DNA of 64,000 nucleotides from Phormidesmis sp. (GTDB lineage Bacteria > Cyanobacteriota > Cyanobacteriia > Leptolyngbyales > Leptolyngbyaceae): contig CBDFJR010000005.1 of assembly GCA_965248535.1 (NCBI GenBank), positions 1,504,001-1,568,000 of the forward strand. Direction: 5' to 3'. Both the position numbers and the translations under genes were made by a program. Shown piece after piece: positions 51,430 through 61,976 of this stretch. Within the stretch, counting starts at the first letter, position 1. Each line of letters starts with the position of its first letter. The notes under the pieces were generated by a model. It was not told the DNA's origin. It did not search any database and was given only the letters and a program-made list of their open reading frames with translations.

Positions 51430-53073
51430 ATGACTGGTCTCAATCGTGCTACTCGTCGTCGGCTGCTCGACTTGCCGCAGCTTCCCAGCGTATGGGAGGG
51501 CGATCGTCGCCCCCTCTCATCGGGTTCGCCGCTTGGGCAGACCGACTGGGCAGAGCCGGCCTCATCCCTATCTAAGCCAGACGGTGATTGCATTCTCTGG
51601 GTTGATGGGTCGATGGGGGTGGTGCGAGCGATGGATATGGTGCCCGCCGAGACCGGGCTAGAAGCGATCGTGCGTACCCTGCTGCGGGCCATGGAGCATC
51701 CTCACAACCCCGGTAAGCCGGGCAGACCTCAAAAGATTGTGGTGCGCGATCGTGAAACCCAGTTTTATCTCAGGGGCGTGCTGCAAGATTTAGACATCGT
51801 GCTCGACTATGTGCCCGAACTGCCGCTGATCGATGAAATTTTTCGCGGCTTTCAAGAAGTCGCTGACACGCGCCCGCCTAAATTGCCGCCCCAGTTTGCC
51901 GAGATGCTCATCGAGAAGGCCGAAGAGATTTGGCAAGATGCCCCCTGGGAAGTGCTGGGCGATCATCAGATTTTAGACATTGAGCTAAACCAGTGGGATC
52001 TGGGCACCGTCTATGCCTCGGTGATGGGCATGTTGGGCATGGAGTATGGCGTTTTGCTCTATCGATCGCTCGATTCGCTCAAGCAATTTCGGCAGCGAGT
52101 GCTGGCTAACGAATCGCTCGAACAGATGGAAGAGGCGTTTTTAGGGCAAGACTGTTTATTCATCACCTATGAGTCTGATCACGACGATGAAGAATTTGAC
52201 GAAGACGACTTTGACTTGGCTGACTCAGATGACCCAGATATTCAGCCTGTGTTTGGCAACCTGCACCCGTTAGAGGGCATTCGATCGTTTCTCTATGACG
52301 AAGAAGCGATCGCGCTGGTGGTAGTGCTAGAGGCTTTGCATCGCTTTATGCGTCAGCACCGTCGCAAGCTAGAAGGCGATGCGTTTCCGTCGATTAGCAG
52401 TCGCTATAAGATTCCGGTGCCCGAAGGTGCCGCAGCAGAGGCAGCGCTGGTGTCGGTCAAAGTGGCGACGATGCCCGATGTCGCTGATGAACTGTTTGCC
52501 CTGGTGGGCGATGATGAGGATGCGGTTTTTCCGATCATTCGGGATGATCTCGTGCCCGAAAACTCGTTTCTCAGTTTGGGGGTGATTCCTTGGGAGACGG
52601 TCGAGCGGATGCGATCGCAGCTTGACCATCACCAATCAGGAGAACCCGCCGAGGCTGGAGAAGGACTGCCTGTGATTTTGATTCAGACCTCGCGCCCTAA
52701 GGCTAAGGCAATGATTGCTGAGATTCAGTCGGCTGGAGGCATTAAGGGAATTTGCTTTAACCCTGGCTCTGACCCGTTTGTAGGCGATCATTACGATCTG
52801 GGGCTGTTGCAAACTGGCAATGATGAGCTTCACCTGTTTGGGGAGTTTGCCGAAGATGACCCCACCCATCTGCAAGCGAGAAAGAAGTGGGATCAGCGCT
52901 GCAAAAAGACTAAAGGCTATTGTGGTTTGGTGATTGCTAAAGGGTTGACGGGGGCAAGTCGCGGTGAGCCGAGCCTCAAAGATATGGTGGCGCTGTTTGA
53001 GGTGCCGGCGATCGGGTCTGAACAGCTAGGGCTGGGCACTCTCGAACGCAAGTTTGCGGCTGATTGGCTCTAA
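51430..53073 (+). CDS. Hypothetical protein
   Basis: 547-aa ORF, acidic, with WEGDRR, VMGMLG and GLVIAKG motifs; function not recognised. Confidence 0.8.
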   Translation: MTGLNRATRRRLLDLPQLPSVWEGDRRPLSSGSPLGQTDWAEPASSLSKPDGDCILWVDGSMGVVRAMDMVPAETGLEAIVRTLLRAMEHPHNPGKPGRPQKIVVRDRETQFYLRGVLQDLDIVLDYVPELPLIDEIFRGFQEVADTRPPKLPPQFAEMLIEKAEEIWQDAPWEVLGDHQILDIELNQWDLGTVYASVMGMLGMEYGVLLYRSLDSLKQFRQRVLANESLEQMEEAFLGQDCLFITYESDHDDEEFDEDDFDLADSDDPDIQPVFGNLHPLEGIRSFLYDEEAIALVVVLEALHRFMRQHRRKLEGDAFPSISSRYKIPVPEGAAAEAALVSVKVATMPDVADELFALVGDDEDAVFPIIRDDLVPENSFLSLGVIPWETVERMRSQLDHHQSGEPAEAGEGLPVILIQTSRPKAKAMIAEIQSAGGIKGICFNPGSDPFVGDHYDLGLLQTGNDELHLFGEFAEDDPTHLQARKKWDQRCKKTKGYCGLVIAKGLTGASRGEPSLKDMVALFEVPAIGSEQLGLGTLERKFAADWL

Positions 53074-53212
53074 GGAAGGCGGATTGATTAAGGTGCCCCT
53101 CTTTGAAGATGTAAGGGGGCTGAAGCCGACCGAAACGCAGTGACAAAGACTTTGTACACCGTAGCTCTTTGGGGCTAGGGCGAGAAGTTGCCCCTTAATC
53201 AACCCACGATCT

Positions 53213-53581
53213 TTAGAGGGCGGCTGCCTTTTGACGAGTGGGGCGTTTGCGGTCTGATTTCTTTTTTAAGCCAACCGATTGGGCTTCGTTGCTGTCGGCA
53301 CCAAACTGTCCTCGCACGACTTCTTTCATGGCTAAGACTGCGTTGTGAAATTCCCATTCTGCGAGGCGGGCGGCATCGGCGGCGGCGCGATAAAGGGCAA
53401 GTTTCTCGGTTTCGGCTTGCTGGGATGCCAGCATGGTTTGATAGGTTCGCTGTAGGGCTGTGGGGGTGGCTTCTGGGCGTTGGGTGCTATAACCCTGGAT
53501 GGTGTTGAAGCCGTTGAGAGCGTCAACGTCTTGGTTGAGCATTTGGGCGGCTAGACGGCGACTGGTGTTTTGGGGTGGCAT
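53213..53581 (-). CDS. Small helical hypothetical protein with basic C-terminal tail
   Basis: 122-aa ORF ending QFGADSNEAQSVGLKKKSDRKRPTRQK. Confidence 0.75.
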   Translation of the reverse strand: MPPQNTSRRLAAQMLNQDVDALNGFNTIQGYSTQRPEATPTALQRTYQTMLASQQAETEKLALYRAAADAARLAEWEFHNAVLAMKEVVRGQFGADSNEAQSVGLKKKSDRKRPTRQKAAAL

Positions 53582-53674
53582 AGCGTGTCTGCGTATTAAA
53601 CGATAAGTTTAGTGTGCCCAAGAGAACTTATGAACCAACGTAAATCTTCGGGTTTTAGAGATGCTGGAGATCTG

Positions 53675-53812
53675 ATACCAATTTGATTTGTGAATGCGAC
53701 AGATCCGCACGAGGGCACGGCAGTGCCATGCCCGTACAAAAAGCGTAGGGGCATGGCATGCCGTGCCCCGTCGGATTGAACGATCAGTCGCAATTGCATC
53801 CGAAATTGGTAT
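53675..53812. mobile_element. REPIN-like element with two REP palindromes
   Basis: Terminal IR ATACCAATTT/AAATTGGTAT, inner TGCGAC/GTCGCA, two GGGCA..TGCCC hairpins. Confidence 0.7.
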
Positions 53813-53817
53813 GAACT

Positions 53818-54030
53818 CGTTGGATGAGGTTTGAGGTGCAATGGTGTTGGGGGCAGGCACAGGGCAAGGATGGGGCAAGACAATGGCTTTGTGGGGAGAG
53901 ACAATCGGTTTGTGCAGGGTGACAAAGCAGTGGTGGGCGAAAACAAAGCAAAGGAGAATCGACGCATCGGAATTGTCGAGAGTGACAATTGAGGGTTGAG
54001 CGGTGACGATTGAGTGGCGAAGGATCACGA
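53818..54030. repeat. Degenerate 21-bp-periodic tract (10 units)
   Basis: Units start C[AG] exactly every 21 bp from 53818 to 54028, mostly in an (G)ACAA context. Confidence 0.75.
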
Positions 54031-54065
54031 CCTAAATAAATTTAATCACTGGGAGCAGGTGCCCG

Positions 54066-54679
54066 ATGGATCAGGCAGAACTACTTGAAATCATTCACCA
54101 TGCAGCCCAAACGAAACAGACAGGTTTGGATCTCTGTGGCAAAGGTTTAACGGAACTCCCTGCCGAACTCTGGCAACTGACCAATCTTACAGTGCTTGAC
54201 CTCTCTGAGAATCAACTGACTGCGGTGCCCCCCAAATTGGGACAACTCACCGCCACCCATCAATTTTCTCTCACCAACCGTTCCCTGTTTCTGCTGGTCT
54301 GGAGCGCTCGTGCAGTTAAGCAAAAATACACGACTCCCGAAGGGTTGTCGAAGCTGATGACCCACCATCAGGTCGAAGCCTCTAGTCAGTGTGTCTTAGT
54401 GCGATGGCTGCACGAGTTAGGCGAAATTCTCTTCTTTCAAGACAACGATGACCTCAACGATATTGTCATCTTCAAACCCCAATGGGTGACCGAACACATC
54501 AGCCGAGTCTTAGAAGCCGAAGAAGTGATTCGTCTCAATGGCACCTTCACCCGCACCTGCATGAATTGTTAGAACAAAAAGATGCCAGCAAGCAATGGGG
54601 CAACCTCAAACAAATCCTGACTCCAGAGGACGATTATCTCTGGTTATGTGAACACCACGCCCGATCGTTTAAACCCTGA
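54066..54679 (+). pseudogene. Internally deleted LRR-Roc-COR (Roco) remnant
   Basis: LRR start, Roc fragment ATHQFSLTNRSLFLLVW, COR fragment WLHELGEILFF..PQWVT, out-of-frame C-terminus WLCEHH. Confidence 0.8.
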
Positions 54680-55386
54680 ATACAGACCTCGGAGGTTTCC
54701 AAACCTCCGAGGTCTAAGGTTGGTCTTCATCCAGCATGAGTGCTTTTAGGTTGGTCGCGAAATCTTTGGCCATTGCAGGTAAATGATCATGCTTCAGAGG
54801 CATCTCATAGTCTGCCTCAGACTCAAATTGCTGTTGCAAAGCATCGAGCTTGGGTAAGGTGCCCGCTCTAAGTCCGGCATAGTCAAGATAACTGGAAAAC
54901 TCCCAATCCTTCGGGTGAGCCACGATTCTAGCTTTCACTGGGTTGAGATGGATGTATCGCGTCAGATGGTATAGATATTGATCGCTATCCACCACGATCG
55001 CTTGAAACTGCCCCTGAAACAAAGACCCTACCCGGCGATAACGCCGATTCATCGCCTTGGTATATGCCACCGATAACCGCATCATGGCTCCAGATACGTC
55101 ATCTGTTTTACACCGCACCAAAAAATGGTAATGATTGGGCATCAAGCAATATGCCAACACATCAAGCGTTTGCTCAATCAAATGTCGGCGCACCAAGCGC
55201 AAAAAGTACAGGTAGTTTTCCCGTTCAAAAAAGATGCGGTCGCGATCGTTGCCGCGATTATAGAGATGGTAACAATAGTCCGGCTGAAACGTGAGATAAC
55301 GACGCGGCATAGAAGCTTGTCTGCAACAGTTCCCCTAAGATTCCCTCCCAGACCTCGCAGGTTTTGAAAACCTCCGAGGTCTGTAT
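54680..55386 (-). mobile_element. REPtron: RAYT gene flanked by palindromic REPs
   Basis: Palindromes at 54684-54715 and 55349-55383; outer 19-bp perfect IR ATACAGACCTCGGAGGTTT. Confidence 0.85.
54714..55310 (-). CDS. REP-associated tyrosine (Y1/HUH) transposase RAYT
   Basis: YHLYNRGN, YCLMPNHYHFL, GSLFQG, YIHLNPVKA, WEFSSY. Confidence 0.92.
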   Translation of the reverse strand: MPRRYLTFQPDYCYHLYNRGNDRDRIFFERENYLYFLRLVRRHLIEQTLDVLAYCLMPNHYHFLVRCKTDDVSGAMMRLSVAYTKAMNRRYRRVGSLFQGQFQAIVVDSDQYLYHLTRYIHLNPVKARIVAHPKDWEFSSYLDYAGLRAGTLPKLDALQQQFESEADYEMPLKHDHLPAMAKDFATNLKALMLDEDQP

Positions 55387-55531
55387 AAAGCCTCCAAAGG
55401 TAGAGATCACACAAGTGAAATGTAACGTTGAATACAACTTCTGAGAGAGGGCATGGTTTGAATCCTTCTTTATTGTTGTAGAAGTAAGCGGTGATTCAGC
55501 TTACTAACAACTAAAAATAAAGGAGACTATC

Positions 55532-55720
55532 ATGAGTTTAGAAGAAAAAGCTAAAGCCGCTGGCAAAAACATCGAAGGCAAAGCTCAAGAAGCTTTAGGC
55601 AAAGTAACCGGAGACGTTGGCGATCAAGCAGAAGGCAAAGCAAAGCAAGCTGAAGCCGCCGCCCGCAACGCAAAAGAAGATGTGAAAGACGGCGTTAAAG
55701 ATGTCGTCGATCGCGCATAA
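55532..55720 (+). CDS. csbD: CsbD-family stress protein
   Basis: EGKAQEALGKVTGD..EGKAKQ; RBS AAGGAG. Confidence 0.9.
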   Translation: MSLEEKAKAAGKNIEGKAQEALGKVTGDVGDQAEGKAKQAEAAARNAKEDVKDGVKDVVDRA

Positions 55721-55988
55721 AAACCCCTGAATGGGTCTGGATACATTTATATTATTCAGACCCATTGTGTTTAGAAAGGGATGATTTTTATCACGCATTA
55801 CTGCTAACTGGGAAATGATTCTAGCCACGATCGCTGACAAGCAATTCGGCGGCGGCAAATAAGTCAAGTCTCGGTTGGTTGTTGAGAGACGGGAGTGGTC
55901 AACTCGCGTCTCTTTTTGTTGTCTGAATTGATCACTGAGAGTGAGCACAAAGGAAATTATTTTGATGTCCTGACTTTGTAGCAGTATT

Positions 55989-57185
55989 ATGGGCATCATG
56001 AAATTTGATGGGCTGAACGTCTGGAATCTTCAACCCTCAAAGCTGCGAGGAATGTCTGTGAGCAGGTTTAATCGGTCAGGTTCTCTAAAGTCTTTCACTA
56101 TTGGCGTAAGCTCGATCGGGTGGTTGAGTTTGCTCGCGTCAAGCGGCGTTGCGATCGCACGTCCTAGTTTGTCTGAAGCGATCGTTCCATCAGCCCCCCA
56201 AAAACCGCCGACTTATGTTCCGGTTGCTCCGCCGCCGTTAGCGCCGCCACTCCCCACTCAGCGCCAGCCCCAAGAAGAGCGGGCAGTGGGAGAAGACTAT
56301 CGGGTCAGCGCTCTCCAGCCCGATTATCAAGGCAATCTGTGGGTTGGCTCATGGCAAGGGTTGGCAAAAATTAATCCCAACACAGGCAAGATTTTAAGTC
56401 GGGTCTCGATTCCTAATCGCACGATCGGGGCATTGGCTCAAGACAAAGTAGGGCGCATTTGGGTCGGCACCTATGAGGGATTGGTGCGCGTCGATCCCCG
56501 CAACAATCAGGTGACTGCCCAAAACTTTTCGCTGCCCTCTAACCGCGTTTTGTCTCTGCTGATTGACCAGCGAGGCTATCTCTGGGTCGGCACCGATCAA
56601 GGGCTAGCGCTGATTAGCCCTGATCAAGGCTTGCTGATGACGACCCTCAAAAACTTACCGGGGGTCAGCGCCAACGCCCTCAGTTTAGATGCCGAGGGTC
56701 AGCTTTGGGTAGGCACTCTAGAGAGCTTGGTGCAGGTAGATACCGCCAGTGCCCGCGTCATCAACCAAATCTCAGACATTCCGGGGGGCGTGGTGCAAGC
56801 GCTGACCCTCGACTCGCGAGGGTCTCTGTGGGTAGGCACCTTAGATGGGTTGCTAGAAGTTGACCCTCAAGCTGCAAAGATTCAGCGATCGGTGACCCAA
56901 CTGCGCGGACGCACCATCCTCTCGGCTCGGTTTGACAAAATAGGCAGCGTTTGGGTCGGCACCAGTCACGGGCTTTTTCGCCTCAACCCCTACAATGGGG
57001 CGATCGTCGGTCAGGTGGGCAGTTTGCCATCAAGCCAAATTTTCGCAGTGTCTCCTGACACCGGAAACAAGCTCTGGGTGGGCACCAGCGATGGGTTAGC
57101 CTGGGTGAGCATGAGCACCTATCAGAGTCAGCCTCATCTCACCTTCAGTCGGGGTAGCGCCGCATCGGTGCCAGAACAAAAGTAG
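55989..57185 (+). CDS. Exported beta-propeller (two-component regulator propeller repeats)
   Basis: Repeated D..G.LWVGT..GL units after a signal/Pro-rich segment; start uncertain. Confidence 0.82.
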   Translation: MGIMKFDGLNVWNLQPSKLRGMSVSRFNRSGSLKSFTIGVSSIGWLSLLASSGVAIARPSLSEAIVPSAPQKPPTYVPVAPPPLAPPLPTQRQPQEERAVGEDYRVSALQPDYQGNLWVGSWQGLAKINPNTGKILSRVSIPNRTIGALAQDKVGRIWVGTYEGLVRVDPRNNQVTAQNFSLPSNRVLSLLIDQRGYLWVGTDQGLALISPDQGLLMTTLKNLPGVSANALSLDAEGQLWVGTLESLVQVDTASARVINQISDIPGGVVQALTLDSRGSLWVGTLDGLLEVDPQAAKIQRSVTQLRGRTILSARFDKIGSVWVGTSHGLFRLNPYNGAIVGQVGSLPSSQIFAVSPDTGNKLWVGTSDGLAWVSMSTYQSQPHLTFSRGSAASVPEQK

Positions 57186-57220
57186 GATGGACTTATGCCT
57201 CCTCTACGTCCGTTAACGAT

Positions 57221-58000
57221 ATGCCAGTCACCCCACAGCAACTATTTCAGTGGAAGCAGCAAGGACGTGCGATCGTTGCCCTCACCGCGTGGGATTATCT
57301 GTTTGCTCAAATCCTAGACCAGTCGGGCGTTGATGTGATTTTGGTCGGCGACTCGCTGGCGATGGTGGCCCTAGGCTATGAAACCACGCTTCCGGTGACC
57401 CTTGACGAAATGCTGCATCACGCTAAAGCCGTTCGTCGAGCCGTCAAGCAAGCGTTGCTCGTCGTAGATCTGCCGTTTTTGAGCTATCAAGAAAGCGCGC
57501 AGCAAGCCATTCACTCGGCGGGTCGAGCCTTAAAGGAAGCAGGGGCCCAAGCCGTCAAACTAGAAGGCGGCTATCCGGCGATCGCTGAGACAGTCGCGCA
57601 TCTAGTTCGGGCTGGCATTCCGGTGATGGGGCACGTTGGGCTAACTCCGCAGTCGGTTCGGCAGCTAGGGTTTCGGCAGCAGGGCAAGTCGCCAGAAGAA
57701 GGAGAGCGCATTCTGTCAGAAGCGATCGCCCTCGAACAAGCCGGAGCCTTTGCGATCGTGGTTGAGCACGTCCCGGCTGCTCTGGCGTTGCAGATAACTC
57801 AAAAGCTCACGATTCCGACGATCGGCATTGGGGCCGGAGTTCACTGCGATGGTCAAGTTTTAGTCACGACCGATGTTTTAGGTCTGGGCACCTGGAAACC
57901 GCCGTTTGCAAAATCCTATGTGAATCTACAGGAATTAATCACCCAAGCCGTACAGGATTATTCTGGCGAGGTGCGATCGCGCCAGTTTCCAGAATCCTAG
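57221..58000 (+). CDS. panB: Ketopantoate hydroxymethyltransferase
   Basis: [33 protein letters not shown]. Confidence 0.96.
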   Translation: MPVTPQQLFQWKQQGRAIVALTAWDYLFAQILDQSGVDVILVGDSLAMVALGYETTLPVTLDEMLHHAKAVRRAVKQALLVVDLPFLSYQESAQQAIHSAGRALKEAGAQAVKLEGGYPAIAETVAHLVRAGIPVMGHVGLTPQSVRQLGFRQQGKSPEEGERILSEAIALEQAGAFAIVVEHVPAALALQITQKLTIPTIGIGAGVHCDGQVLVTTDVLGLGTWKPPFAKSYVNLQELITQAVQDYSGEVRSRQFPES

Positions 58001-58070
58001 CCTTCTAAAACCGTCTCTCAGACCCCTTAGGGCACAGCACCGGCCCACTATTTTTGCCAGTCTCCGGTCT

Positions 58071-58655
58071 TCAGACTGGTTTCTGCAAGATCCATTCCAC
58101 AGCCGCCGTCAGATCTGCGGCGATATAGTCGGGTGTAGTATGGTGCTGATAATCGCCACTGAGAACACGATCGCCATAGCCCGTCTGCACCAAAATTCCT
58201 ACACAGCCAGCGTTGTGGGCCATATCGACATCGGTTGCCTTATCTCCCACCATAAAGCTCTGAGCAATGTCTAAATCGTGCTCCCAGGCCGCCGCCACCA
58301 GCATTCCCGTATTGGGTTTGCGCCACGTCGTCCAGCGCGTAAATTCTGCTTGAGTGCCGCCTTCGGGGGGGCTGAGATCGGGGCAATAATAAAGCGCATC
58401 CAGTCGCGCTCCCGCTTCGGTGGCAAGCAGCCCGCAGAGCCGATGATGCAACGCCCGCACATGAGCATCGGGATAATAGCCTCTGGCAGGGCCCGACTGG
58501 TTAGAGACAAGACAGCAAAATAGCCCCGCGTCATTGAGTCGCCGCACTGCCTGGGCGACCCCTGAGATCAAATGCAGGTCTTCAACTTGATGAATGTAGC
58601 CAGCTTCTTGATTGAGAACGCCATCTCGATCGAGATATACGGCGGGTCTTGCCAT
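58071..58655 (-). CDS. gmhB: D,D-heptose-1,7-bisphosphate phosphatase-like HAD
   Basis: LDRDGVLN, SNQSG, RKPNTGM, MVGDK..D. Confidence 0.88.
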   Translation of the reverse strand: MARPAVYLDRDGVLNQEAGYIHQVEDLHLISGVAQAVRRLNDAGLFCCLVSNQSGPARGYYPDAHVRALHHRLCGLLATEAGARLDALYYCPDLSPPEGGTQAEFTRWTTWRKPNTGMLVAAAWEHDLDIAQSFMVGDKATDVDMAHNAGCVGILVQTGYGDRVLSGDYQHHTTPDYIAADLTAAVEWILQKPV

Positions 58656-58659
58656 GACC

Positions 58660-59622
58660 CTAACCGCCCCAAACTTTTTGTAAGATCACGTGTGGTGAAA
58701 TGTCGGCCATTTTCCCAGTGGGTGACTTGATGCCCAGCGCCCGATCGCTCTTGGGCAAAAGCTTATCGGGATCGGTCGGGCCAAACAGAGCGAGTGTGTA
58801 GGTTTGGGCCGCGATCGCCAAGTGCATCGGGGCGCTGTCGGTGCACAACATCAGATTGGCTCCGGCGATCATCGCCACCAGCTCGCCGATGTTGCTGGGT
58901 GAGGTGACTTTAAGCTTAGGAGTCGATTTTAACAGAGCCGTCACAAAGTCATTGTCTTCAGGCCCTTTGACCAACACCATCGGCAAGTCAGGCTGCTTTT
59001 GCTGAAAATCTTGGACGATCGCCTTCCAGCTTTCGACCGGATAAATCTTGTCAATGCCCTTCATCTGGGCCAGTTGACTTGACCCACCGTGAATGATCAC
59101 ATAGCCGCCGTTTTGAATGCCTAACCGCTTCCGTTCGTCTTCTGACCATTGCAGATCTTTGGCTGGCACGCTGACCGCTAATTCTGGGCAAGGGGTGTCG
59201 ATCCCCAGTCCCTTGAGCAAATCGTGATACATCACGGCTGCATATTGATTTTGATTGAGCGGCACCGGATTGGTGAGAAACCACTCTCCACTACCACCGC
59301 CATAGCCCACACGAGTCGGAATGCCACTCAACCACAGCAAAAACCCAACGGCTCGACGCTGCCCTAGAGCAATGGCGATGTCATATTCACGATCGCGCAT
59401 CACCCCCAAGAGATTTGCAAAATCTGCGAGGCTGTTGCTGCCCTTAAAATCAAACAAAATTGTGTCGTGAACCGACTTAGAAACCCGATAGGCGCTTTTA
59501 GCTCGCGGCTCAACAACCACATCAATCTGAGCGCTAGGGTAAGCTTTTTTTAGATCATCTAGAGTCGGAAAGAATAGGATTTGATCGCCAATTCCACCAG
59601 GAACAAGGGCAAGAATTCTCAT
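58660..59622 (-). CDS. Glycosyltransferase family 9
   Basis: GGIGDQIL, DSAPMHLA, LFGPT. Confidence 0.9.
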   Translation of the reverse strand: MRILALVPGGIGDQILFFPTLDDLKKAYPSAQIDVVVEPRAKSAYRVSKSVHDTILFDFKGSNSLADFANLLGVMRDREYDIAIALGQRRAVGFLLWLSGIPTRVGYGGGSGEWFLTNPVPLNQNQYAAVMYHDLLKGLGIDTPCPELAVSVPAKDLQWSEDERKRLGIQNGGYVIIHGGSSQLAQMKGIDKIYPVESWKAIVQDFQQKQPDLPMVLVKGPEDNDFVTALLKSTPKLKVTSPSNIGELVAMIAGANLMLCTDSAPMHLAIAAQTYTLALFGPTDPDKLLPKSDRALGIKSPTGKMADISPHVILQKVWGG

Positions 59623-59728
59623 AGTGATCTCTTTACGGTTCTTAACGCCATATTCGCTCTTATTTTAGGGGAAGATACACACAGTCAAACGATTTTGAAG
59701 TTTGGATTTTGAGTTGAAAGGAAAATCT

Positions 59729-60445
59729 GTGTATCTACTCATCCCCGCTGCCGGATCGGGTCGTCGGATGAACCCCGAATGGCTTCGTCAAGGCACCCCT
59801 CAGCGCAATAAGTTATTACTCAATCTGTTAGGCAAATCACTTCTCGCTTGGACGCTGTTAGCCGCAGAAGAGTCTAGCCACCTGGATTGGATTGGCATCA
59901 TCGGGCAGCCTAGCGATCGTGATGATTTTGCCACGATCGTCACCCAACTCTCATTAACCAAGCCTGTTCACTTGATTCAGGGCGGCTCGACGCGACAAGA
60001 ATCGGTCTACAACGGGCTGCAAGCGTTGCCCCCAGAGGCAAAACACGTTTTAATTCACGATGGCGCACGATGTTTGGCGACCCCAAAACTGTTCGATCGC
60101 TGCGCTCAAGCCGTCTTGACCTGTCCCGGATTGATTGCGGCGGTTCCGGTGAAAGACACGATTAAAGTCGTTGATGACGCAAACTTGATCAAAAGTACGC
60201 CCGATCGGAGTCAACTCTGGGCGGCCCAAACGCCTCAGGCTTTTTCGGTGCGGCTACTCAAAAAGTGTCATCAAGAAGGACGAGAGCAAGGTTGGGAGGT
60301 GACAGACGATGCGGCATTGTTTGAGAAATGCGATCTTCCGGTGCAAATCGTCGAGGGCGAAGAGACGAATCTCAAGGTGACGACTCCGGTTGATTTGGCG
60401 ATCGCGGAGTTTATTTTGATGCAACGGTTTGAGCGTGGGTTATGA
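59729..60445 (+). CDS. ispD: MEP cytidylyltransferase
   Basis: IPAAGSGRRM, RQESVYNG, IHDGAR, QTPQAF, TDDA, KVTTPVDL. Confidence 0.95.
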   Translation: MYLLIPAAGSGRRMNPEWLRQGTPQRNKLLLNLLGKSLLAWTLLAAEESSHLDWIGIIGQPSDRDDFATIVTQLSLTKPVHLIQGGSTRQESVYNGLQALPPEAKHVLIHDGARCLATPKLFDRCAQAVLTCPGLIAAVPVKDTIKVVDDANLIKSTPDRSQLWAAQTPQAFSVRLLKKCHQEGREQGWEVTDDAALFEKCDLPVQIVEGEETNLKVTTPVDLAIAEFILMQRFERGL

Positions 60446-60473
60446 GGGTATGAGGGCAGGTCGTGACCTGCCC

Positions 60474-61586
60474 CTACAGGGTTTTTAACGCTGCTTCGGC
60501 TTTTTTGGCATCGTCTGGGTTGTTTTGCTGTTGATAGAGCGTTTGGGCTTGTTTAAAGGCGGCGATCGCTTCCTCTCTGCGATCGCGGGCTTTGAGAGCG
60601 ATCCCCAACTGATAATAGGCGCGGGCATTTTGAGGATCTAGCTGCACCACTTCGCGATAGGCCACGATCGCCCGGATAAATTCTCGCTGCTCGATCGCTA
60701 GATCTGCTAGCGCTAACTCAGCTTCGATCGAGTGCGGACTGACGTTGACGGCTCGTTGATAAGCGGTCAGAGCGCCCGCAGAGTCGCCTATTTCTTGCAG
60801 AACGTTGCCCATTTTCAGGTGCAGCTTGCTGTTGGCTGGGTCGAGTTTGACCGCTCGATTAAATGCTGCGAGGGCCGCCCGGCGATCGCCTTGAGTGAGC
60901 CAGCCGATCCCCAAGCTGACTTGAATGCTGCTGCTGCGGGGGTTGAGTTCTGCGGCGCGCTGAAGCGAACTGATGCCTTCGCCAATCTGGTCTTTTTGCA
61001 GCAGCATTAAGCCGAGCCTCTCATAGGCTTCTGCGCTTTTGGGCGCGATCGCGATGACTTTGCGATAGGTGGCTAAGGCCCGATCGTAGTTACCCTGCCG
61101 TGACAAGACAGTGCCAAGACCCAGATAGGCATTTAAGTTTTTGATATTTAGTTTAGCGGCTCGCTGGTAAGCCACGATCGCGGCTTCGTCGTTTCCAGCA
61201 CTCGCCAAGCTAAACCCCAAAGCATATTCAAAATCAGAATTGCTTGGATCAAGGGAAATCGCCTGCTGATAGGCGTTAATGGCTTCTTGAAAGTTGCCCG
61301 CTTGGGCTTGAATATAGCCAATTCCAGAATAAATGAGCGGGTTTTTCTCATCCAAGGCGGCCGCTTGTTGAAACAGGGGCAGCGCTGCGGCCCAGTTTTT
61401 GGCATCGACTAACTCACGCCCCTTTTGCAGCAGGTCATCTAGCTCTTGTTTAGGCTGATTGCCCGGACTCAGATCGGTTGCCTGAGCACGCACCATCTGA
61501 GGCAATAGTGGCAAAGTAGTGGCGATCGCCAGGCAAATCAGCAGCGATCGCCACCGGGCATTCAGGTTTTTAGAACTACATGTCAT
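60474..61586 (-). CDS. Exported TPR protein
   Basis: Signal peptide and about 9 TPR repeats. Confidence 0.88.
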   Translation of the reverse strand: MTCSSKNLNARWRSLLICLAIATTLPLLPQMVRAQATDLSPGNQPKQELDDLLQKGRELVDAKNWAAALPLFQQAAALDEKNPLIYSGIGYIQAQAGNFQEAINAYQQAISLDPSNSDFEYALGFSLASAGNDEAAIVAYQRAAKLNIKNLNAYLGLGTVLSRQGNYDRALATYRKVIAIAPKSAEAYERLGLMLLQKDQIGEGISSLQRAAELNPRSSSIQVSLGIGWLTQGDRRAALAAFNRAVKLDPANSKLHLKMGNVLQEIGDSAGALTAYQRAVNVSPHSIEAELALADLAIEQREFIRAIVAYREVVQLDPQNARAYYQLGIALKARDRREEAIAAFKQAQTLYQQQNNPDDAKKAEAALKTL

Positions 61587-61976
61587 AAAGTCGTGTATGT
61601 CAAGAGCAAAGTGAGTTTTGATCGCAAGTCACCAATATCTAATTCACGATCCTTCCGATCATGAATTTAATGCCAATCCACGCGTCAAGACAATCCAATC
61701 AGGTGATTATTCTTGCTTTCTTCACCCAAAGCGAACTAATGCCCGATCGCGGAATCAGTCCATCGTTAGATTTTCTGAGAGAAAACTTCATGATCGTCAC
61801 CCAATCGCCGAGATTTGAGGAGCCGCGATCGTGGCTAATTTAGCTCTTAATTCACTCCAATGATAGACTTCCACCTTCACTCCGCTGGTAGAGATATCGC
61901 CAAGTCGAACCGCTTACAGTGATGCTCAAGAGTAAATCTTTTGCAAAAAAACTATCGACTTGGGGAGATAATTAAC

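Noticed and set aside
53090..53195. Degenerate hairpin-like intergenic sequence
   Set aside because: May be a decayed dispersed repeat, but there is no second copy or clear end in this window
53596..54028. Two overlapping minus-strand ORFs (130 and 139 aa)
   Set aside because: They read through a REPIN and the periodic tract with odd composition and no clear RBS
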